From Eledone cirrhosa (Eukaryota): DNA of 64,000 nucleotides. Numbering within the stretch: the stretch's first letter is position 1; every line of letters begins with the position of its first letter. Made by a program: the position numbers and the translations under genes. The notes beneath the pieces are model-generated. The model saw only the letters and a list, made by a program, of their open reading frames with translations. It did no database searches and was not told the origin of the DNA. The stretch is from positions 21,762,001-21,826,000 of the forward strand of contig OZ024761.1 in the NCBI GenBank assembly GCA_964016885.1, written 5' to 3'. This document shows, one piece after another, positions 55,128-64,000 of this stretch.

Positions 55128-56333
55128 TGTGTATATATACACATATATGTATATATATGTGTATATATATATATATAACGTGGGTGAAAACATGGAAGCC
55201 ATAAACACAAGGACAAATCCCCGTCTTCTGTGGATCACGTATGTGTCTTTTTGAAATAATATTTTCCACACAGCCCCATTTTGAATTATATGTGTGTGTG
55301 TGTGTTCGTGTGTATGTGTATGTGTGTGTTCGTGCACGTGTGTGTCAGTATGTGTGTGTGTGAGTGTGAGTGTGTGTTCATGTGTGTGTGCTGAGTTCCC
55401 CTTCACAAAACAATTGAGGTTTCTACTCAAGTGACAGTTTTGGTTACAACAACATATAACTGAGATCTCCACTCACTCCACTTAAAGCTACACTCAATCT
55501 CAATGTCTGTACTTGACACTCCAGTGAGTGACACTTGACACCTCGAGATCTGTTACAGTTAAATAGAGTTCCGATAATCACCTGAGTGGAAATTTAAACT
55601 GGAAACAGACTGAACAGGTGGATAGAGGGCAGGAGGGGGGGTTACACCCCACCACCACCACTGTCACCTCCACCCTCACCACCTCCACCCTCACCACCTA
55701 CATCACCACCACCATCATGGTGTAGTGTAGTATAGTGTAGTGTGGTGTAGTGTAATATAGTGTAGTGTGATGTGGTATAGTGTGGTTTGGTCTAGTGTAG
55801 TGTAGTGTGGTTTGGTGTAGTGTAGTGTAGTGTGGTTTGGTGTAGTGTAGTGTAGTGTGGTTTGGTGTAGTGTAGTGTGGTGTAGTGTAGTGTGGTTTGG
55901 TGTAGTGTAGTGTGGTGTAGTGTAGTGTAGTGTGGTTTGGTGTAGTGTAGTGTAGTGTAATGGTAGTGGTGTGGTGTGGTATAGTGTAGTGTGGTGTGGT
56001 GTGGTATAGTGTAGTGTAGTGTGGTGGTGGTGTAATGTGGTGTGGTGTAGTGTGGTATAGTGTAGTGTGGTGTGGTATAGTGTGGTGGTGGTGTAGTGTG
56101 GTGTGGTTTGGTGTAGTGGTGGTGGTGGGTAGATTATAAACAACATAGAAGGCACTGCTGGTAAAACATGGTGGTGGGGGGGGGGGTCGAGTGGGGGGGG
56201 GTAGAGAGGGTTGGAGTGGGAGTAGTGTGGGGAAGAGTTGTGTAGGGGTGAGGTAGAGTGGGGGTGTGTCATGGTACTTTACTCTATCAACCCCTCCCCC
56301 AGGATGACAGTCAAAGCTAACCTCAGCAGGATT

Positions 56334-56399
<66 letters not shown>

Positions 56400-56898
56400 T
56401 TCTAACTTAAGAACAAACCCAGTCATTCGCAGGGAGGGGAAAGTTGATTATATTGACCCTTGCGTATTACTGGTACTTTATTTTATCAACCTCAGTAGGA
56501 TGAAAGGCTAAAGCTGACCTTGGCGGGGTTTGAACTCAGACCATAAAGGGCCATAGCTCTATGCTGCAAAGCATGGTACCCGACCCTCTACCGATACAGC
56601 CAAACCACCGCAATTGTTAACTGTATAGAGACAAACAAACAGGATATATTATATATAATATATTATATATAATATATTATATATAATATATTATATATAA
56701 TATATTATATATAATATATATATATATATATAGTATTAAGGATACTATTTATGGTTATGTATATACTAAAACTTTTTATAGTTATATATATTTTAAACCC
56801 TAAACAGTGAAAGACAGTAATTTATTACTACCTTATATATATATAACATATAAATGAAAGTATAGAAATTATTGTGAGCGTGAAGCCAACAGTATTTC

Positions 56899-56947
<49 letters not shown>

Positions 56948-57212
56948 TATATAATATATATATATATATTTCAATCATATCTCATTTTGTTTGACCCGTT
57001 TAGCTTGTTCGCTTTTTTGGCTATAGTGGTTAATGGCTTCTTAACGATCGTCTCAGCGTGTATGACCCTTTTAACTTATGTTTATAGCTCTGGTATCTTC
57101 TTCAGATCCATGGAGCGCTTGTCAGCACAATATGGAAGTTGCGTTTCGCTAATTTCTACCCACCGAAATGGGATTCTCGCTAAATTATATTTGTATATAT
57201 ATATATATATAT

Positions 57213-57246
<34 letters not shown>

Positions 57247-57250
57247 ATAT

Positions 57251-57328
<78 letters not shown>

Positions 57329-57363
57329 TATATATATATAATATATATATATATATAATATAT

Positions 57364-57414
<51 letters not shown>

Positions 57415-57447
57415 TATATATAATATATATATAATATATATATATAT

Positions 57448-57501
<54 letters not shown>

Positions 57502-57567
57502 GTAAGAAAAACTGCGTCCGTAGGGTGTATGCCAGTTGAGCACTCAATGCTTGCACAGAGCAGAGTA

Positions 57568-57832
57568 TAGTACAATAAGAATAAAGGAACAAAGAACCAA
57601 TGTTGCATCATAACATATTTAATTACATTACATATGTTTCACTGTTGATCAGCTCGAGGAACGACCTATTATAGACCGAACCTGACTCTGTTATCGAAAG
57701 ATCATATCAGAAACATATCTGAGGATCTTTCGATAAGAGTCAGGTTCGATCTATAATAGGTCGTTCCTCGAGCTGATCGACAGTGAAACATATGTAATGT
57801 GTTATTAAATTTTGTTCCTTTATTCTTATACT
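57568..57832. mobile_element. Fold-back Penelope-like element containing a complete type-I hammerhead-like motif (57712-57803, +)
   Basis: AACATAT-CTGAGGA-[about 59 nt]-GAAAC-ATAT-GTA-ATGTGTT; inverted arms of about 85 bp plus outer arms. Confidence 0.7.
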
Positions 57833-58413
57833 ATATGTGTGTGTGTGTGCGTGTGTGTGTGTGTGCGTGTGCGTGCGTGCGTAGATATACAATACAACAG
57901 GAGGAACATAATAGCACCACTGACGATGTTGCAGATGTGCAACAAAAGAACTTTGTTAGACTATATATATGTGTTTATGTCTATATTGTATCTGTATTAT
58001 TGACCGTTGGTCAGTCAATGGTAAACATTGAGGACCGAATAAATTGACTGATATAAAAGATACAGAAGTGAAAACCAACCAAAAAGTGAGTGTGTTCTGT
58101 TATTATTTCTGGCAATATTATTACAACAATATGACCCTCCCCAAGTATAACAATATATATATATATATATACATATATGTGTGTGTGTGTGTGTGTGTGT
58201 ATAGATATTTAGAGGGAGCAGTATCAGTGATAGTAATAATTATATTTTGTAACAATTTAACAAAGAAATACCCAGGACGGGGCTGGGGTGAGGAAGAGGA
58301 GGAGATAGAATATATATAAAGTAGGACAGGGGGGGGGGGGTCATGTGAGCAAGAAGTGGGTGGCAGGAGGAGAATTAAATTATAAATATTAATATTTATC
58401 AACACCGGATATG

Positions 58414-58451
<38 letters not shown>

Positions 58452-58465
58452 TTTCTATACCTTTC

Positions 58466-58496
<31 letters not shown>

Positions 58497-58645
58497 CGTA
58501 CATACATATATGTATACAGACGTATAGTAGTATGTATATATTGTACGTCTGTATACAATGTAAGTATGTATGTTTACATACATACATATATTCAAGTAAG
58601 TGCCGTACTAAGAGTGAGAAATGAAGTTTCGTTTCATTCTATTCC

Positions 58646-58693
<48 letters not shown>

Positions 58694-58835
58694 AATTTGA
58701 TAAGTTTTGGCCAGTGTTGGCCCAGGCCATGTCTAACTTAATAGCACCACCTGGCGAAGAATACACAGGACATACACACTCACATATATATATATATATA
58801 TTTACATATATATATATATATATTTACATATGTAC

Positions 58836-58871
<36 letters not shown>

Positions 58872-59606
58872 GTACATATATATATATATGTACACTTAAA
58901 CTTTAATCTGTACAAACAATAAATACATATTATACATATATATATATATTCATTATATATATATACATTATATATACACATTATATATACACATTATATA
59001 TATACATTATATATACATTATATATATATACATTATATATATATACATTTATATATTCATTATACATATACATTATATATATACATTATATATATACATT
59101 ATATATACATTATATATATATACATTTATATATTCATTATACATATACATTGTATATATACATTATATATATATATTATATATACATTATATATATATAT
59201 TATATATACATTATATATATATACATTTATATATTCATTATACATATACATTATATATATATACATTATAGATATATACATTTATATATTCATTATACAT
59301 ATACATTAGATATATATATTATATATACACATTATATATATATACATTATATATATATATACATTTATATATTCATTATACATATACATTATATATATAT
59401 ATATATACATTATATATATATATATATATACATTATATATATATACATTTATATATTCATTATACATATACATTATATATATACATTATATATACATTAT
59501 ATATATATACATTATATATATATACATTTATATATTCATTATACATATACATTATATATATATATATATACATTATAGATATAGATATATTATATAAATG
59601 ATATAA

Positions 59607-59878
59607 AACAAATTGAAAATACCATACAGATTCCCAATTTGCGACTGTTTAGTCGTGTAGTTTATCAAAACAGTAATTCTGATAACCGGATGTAACTCCA
59701 CTTCTATCTTTTCAACTTCATTTAAAATATATATCTATTTTGCTCTGCCTCAAGTATTGAGCTCTTTATAACAATAACTGTTGTGGTTTTGTACATCGCT
59801 GCAAATATTTTCAGTGAGATATATTAAACATATGGATATGACACTGTTTACATATATACATGGTATTTTCAATTTGTT
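59607..59878. mobile_element. Small TIR element (MITE-like) in (TA)n
   Basis: AACAAATTGAAAATACCAT / ATGGTATTTTCAATTTGTT. Confidence 0.55.
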
Positions 59879-60062
59879 ATATATATATATATATTTATAT
59901 ATTTTTATATATACTTGAAAAAAGAGAAGAATAACTTCATTTGTGGTTGGTGTTGTTTAATAATTCAATTTAATTATCAGAGAAAACCAAACACAATTGA
60001 ATTCATTCTTCTCTTTTCCAAAATATATTTTACTGTACCAAGGAATTCTTTTCATTTTCCAC

Positions 60063-60136
<74 letters not shown>

Positions 60137-60232
60137 TATACATATATATATAATGGAATACTGTCGGCTTCTTGCTACAATAATTTCTATACTTTTCATT
60201 TATAAATAAAATAATAATTATTATTATATATA

Positions 60233-60273
<41 letters not shown>

Positions 60274-60632
60274 TAATATATATATATATAATTAAACACG
60301 CTATGTGAGAGCATGTGGCAAAGACATAACAAGGGGAAATAGCTCCTATGACAAGCAGTGAAATTATGCCCCTACCCAGCTCTGTATGTTTACCTATGGA
60401 GGTCTAATAATTTATATAAATGGTTTAATGATCCAGCCACCATAGATAGAAAGATCATACATCTGAAGGAGTTTCTTTATTCACTCTCCTACGAGTCTTA
60501 TTTGACTTTAATAGAACTCCTTCATATGGGGCCCATGGCTTGTTCCATGCTTGCCATATTCTAGTTACACATTTGGTATGTGGCCTTCACATACCATATA
60601 TCTATGTATCACCAGGAATACTTGACTGTAGA

Positions 60633-60686
60633 TTATTTTGGAGGCTTTGCAAACAAACTCTTCTTAGCAGGTTTTTCTTGGCCAGC
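60633..60686 (-). CDS. BLTP2: BLTP2 terminal coding exon (AGQEKPAKKSLFAKPPK-stop)
   Basis: CCAATTTTTCAG acceptor, TAA stop; basic KKSxF tail as in KIAA0100. The rest of the gene lies beyond the right edge of the window. Confidence 0.85.
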   Translation of the reverse strand, partial: AGQEKPAKKSLFAKPPK

Positions 60687-60750
60687 CTGAAAAATTGGAA
60701 TAAGATGTAGAAATGTTTAGAAATGGGATAGAAATAACCATACAGCAGGA

Positions 60751-61487
60751 TTAACCCTTTCATTACCATATTTCTAATGAAAGACACTGTCTATGTCATT
60801 AACCCTTTCATTACCATATTTCTAATGAAAGACACTGTCTATGTCATTAATGTCATTAACCTTTTCATTACCTTATTTCTAATGAAAGACACTGTCTATG
60901 TTATTAACCCTTTCATTACCATATTTCTAATGAAAGACACTACCTATGTCATTAACCCTTTCATTACCATATTTCTAATGAAAGACACTACCTATGTCAT
61001 TAACCCTTTCATTACCATATTTCTAATGAAAGACACTGTCTATGTCATTAACCCTTCATTACCATATTTCTAATGAAAGACACTGTCTATGTCATTAACC
61101 CTTTCATTACCATATTTCTAATGAAAGACACTGTCTATGTCATTAACCCTTTCATTACCATATATCTAATGAAAGATACTGTCTATGTCATTAACCCTTT
61201 CATTACCATATTTCTAATGAAAGACACTGTCTATGTCATTAACCCTTTCATTACCATATTTCTAATGAAAGACACTGTCTATGTCATTAACCCTTTCATT
61301 ACCATATTTCTAATGAAAGACACTGTCTATGTCATTAACCCTTTCATTACCATATTTCTAATGAAAGGCACTGTCTATGTCATTAACCCTTTCATTACCA
61401 TATTTCTAATGAAAGGCACTGTCTATGTCATTAACCCTTTCATTACCATATTTCTAATGAAAGGCACTGTCTATGTTATTAACCTTT
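60751..61487. repeat. 48-bp minisatellite, about 15 copies, filling most of the last BLTP2 intron
   Basis: TTAACCCTTTCATTACCATATTTCTAATGAAAGACACTGTCTATGTCA. Confidence 0.95.
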
Positions 61488-61677
61488 TTATTTTCCAATG
61501 AGTCAGACACACACACTCTTTCCTTCTCCCCATACCTATCTATATCTCTCTCTGTCTATTTCTCACACACACCCATTACTCTCCATACCACATAGTTACA
61601 CTCTCTAGAACATTCCACTCTCCCACTTCCAGCTATACAATAAATAAACAAATACATATATGAAATGTGGTACACAC

Positions 61678-61788
61678 CAGCAGCTTCGCTCCCAACAACA
61701 TCTTAGCTTTATCTTCCTCCTGTTGTACATCAGTGAGGTGGACCTCATTAGGGGCTCGAGCACGGACATGGAACTTCTGACGGAGAGC
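61678..61788 (-). CDS. BLTP2: BLTP2 penultimate coding exon (ALRQKFHVRARAPNEVHLTDVQQEEDKAKMLLGAKLL)
   Basis: TCTTTCTTCAG acceptor, CTG|GTGTGT donor, phase 0; QQEExKAxxLxG resembles the KIAA0100 tail. Confidence 0.85.
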
Positions 61789-62516
61789 CTGAAGAAAGAC
61801 GAGGGAGCAAACAGTTTAGATGAAACAACAAGAGATACTAATGTTAATTAGACAATATCATCATCATCCTCATTAACATCCATTTTCCATGTTAGCATGG
61901 GTTAGAGAGGTTTATATATAATTGTTTCTGATTTAGATGATGATGATGATGATGATGAATGTAAAGGGATGTAACTATATGCCACAAAGCATGTTGTTCG
62001 ACGCTCTACAGTTTACCGTTAATCTACTGCCCTCCAATACGCCCACACATGCTTCTTCTTCTTTCACCCACTTATTCCTGAGATGGTTGTGGGGGGGCCA
62101 GAGTCCTCAAACACTCCCTCCAGTGGGTCCTGTCAGTAGCAACTGTCCCCAACTGATATGGCTGGATCCCTAAAGCAGGACCAGCCAAGTTAATGGATGT
62201 TATTAAACCATCAAGGTCGGTGGATTGGCAGTATCAGTAGAGGGTCGGACACTAGGCTTTACAACATAGAGTTACGGCCCTTTGCGTTCTGAGTTCAAAT
62301 CCCGCCGAGGTTAACTTTGCCTTTCATCCTTACGGGGTCGATAAAATAAAGTACCAGTAATGTACTGGGATAATTGCTGGCCTTGTGCCAAGAGTAGAAC
62401 CAGTTATTAAACCATCTTACTCTGGGTCTACCTACCCCTGGGTCTCCTGCCAGTTGGTTTGGCCCTTAAAATCTGTCCCCATCCACATGCAGAGGATATA
62501 AAACCGTGTGACCTAC

Positions 62517-62657
62517 CTGAGCCAGTAAAATCTTTTTACTGTCATTCTTCATGGACATAAGAAGGTCAAACCATGTCCATATACAGTTGTGGTACTCCAG
62601 GGTTGGAAGGACCAGGTTACAGTCATGGAGGTCTTCTATATTTTTTTCTTTCTCACC
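62517..62657 (-). CDS. BLTP2: BLTP2/KIAA0100/Hobbit bridge-like lipid transfer protein, third-last coding exon (GEKEKNIEDLHDCNLVLPTLEYHNCIWTWFDLLMSMKNDSKKILLAQ)
   Basis: TTACCAG acceptor, CAG|GTAGGT donor; matches the recalled KIAA0100 C-terminal motif NLVLPxLEYHNxxWTWxD. Confidence 0.9.
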
Positions 62658-63669
62658 CTGGTAACAACAATATATAGCGAGAGTGTTATATAAATGTGTG
62701 TGTGTATATATGTATATGTGTGTGTGTGGATATATATATATGTATATAATAATAATACTATTTATACCTATGTATATAGTATAAACAACTATAAACAGGA
62801 ATGTCAGTAATTTCTTAATTACCTTATTAGCAGTAAGAGAAATAGCTCAATGTATGAACACCAGTTGTTTTACAGAGCAGGAAAATAAATAAATAAATAC
62901 ATTATACAATTATCAAAGTTGTGTTCAAATCATTTAATAGCTGACAATCGTTTCTTCCAAACTCTCGTTTGGAATCATCAGAGCATTATCAATGTTTGCA
63001 CATATAATTACCCTCCTATTCAACTGAACAATAATATAGATACATATAAGTTGATGTTGTGAGCAACAGTTTCGTATTTACAGGGTGGAATGGATGTGAC
63101 ATATATTTTACGAGAACTGTACAATAATTGTACAAACATTCAAGTCCAAATTCAAATTCAAATTCAAATTAAATTAAATTAAAATCAAAAGCGCAGAGTG
63201 GAATACATGCAACAGTTAAAACAAGGGAATAGTCCAAATATTAAAGAGTCATTGAGGAAGTAGTTTTGAGAAAGGAAGAGTGCGATAACAATTCATATGC
63301 AGGTGTGTGGATAGTGTGACTGCGTAGGTCATATACATGAGGAGGAGACAAGCAAAGCTATTATGCATATATAGATGAATAAATACTGCAGTTGAAGCAA
63401 ATATGTTAATGCATTAGAGTCTATGGTGGGTGTTGGAATTTTATGGTGTTTGAATTAATGTGTGTTGAGAAACATACAGTTATTGCAGACTTTTCCATGA
63501 CATGTTGAATTAAATTTTAATTACTGTTTATATTGAATGTTTTAAGTTAGTTAGAACAATGGATTGAAAATTAGTCTTAATGAATTCATATTCATAGACT
63601 ATATTTGATCAACCGTTAAATTTTCAATCATTAATTTCCGGAAGTGAATAAGGTGAGCTAATGTATATG

Positions 63670-63709
<40 letters not shown>

Positions 63710-63809
63710 CATATACAGTATCGCTAAAAAGCATTCTCCGATATTGTATTTATTTATATATATATATATATATAATTATGAGTGTATATGTGTATATATA
63801 TGTGTGTGT

Positions 63810-63841
<32 letters not shown>

Positions 63842-63866
63842 GGGTGTGTGTATATATGTGTATATA

Positions 63867-63938
<72 letters not shown>

Positions 63939-64000
63939 CGTGTGTGTGTGTGTGTGAACAAGGTGTGAACAAAGAGTTAATTCATTGTCTTACGGTCGTT

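Noticed and set aside
61660-61851. Plus-strand 63-aa ORF
   Set aside because: Antisense shadow of the BLTP2 exon on the minus strand.

Overview
Eukaryotic, extremely microsatellite-rich DNA whose SINE, MITE and Penelope-like content resembles an octopod (coleoid cephalopod) genome; the taxon is inferred. Almost all ORF-track entries are simple-repeat artefacts. Manual splicing of the minus strand recovers two genes. The first is a complete 12-exon inositol polyphosphate 5-phosphatase K/J-type gene (5-phosphatase plus SKICH domain, 424 aa, CDS 45108->3156, all GT-AG, phases consistent). The second is the last three coding exons of BLTP2/KIAA0100/Hobbit (62657->60633). The most notable non-genic signals are: (a) several families of TA-embedded fold-back elements carrying hammerhead-ribozyme cores (Penelope pLTR/retrozyme-like); (b) near-perfect 128-177 bp-arm palindromes in INPP5K introns; (c) a retro-insertion whose 14-bp target-site duplication copies the exon-4 splice acceptor; (d) at least six minisatellites that visibly arose from SINE/MITE segments, some with unexpanded parent copies in the same window; (e) a predicted myristoyl/palmitoyl N-terminus on INPP5K.
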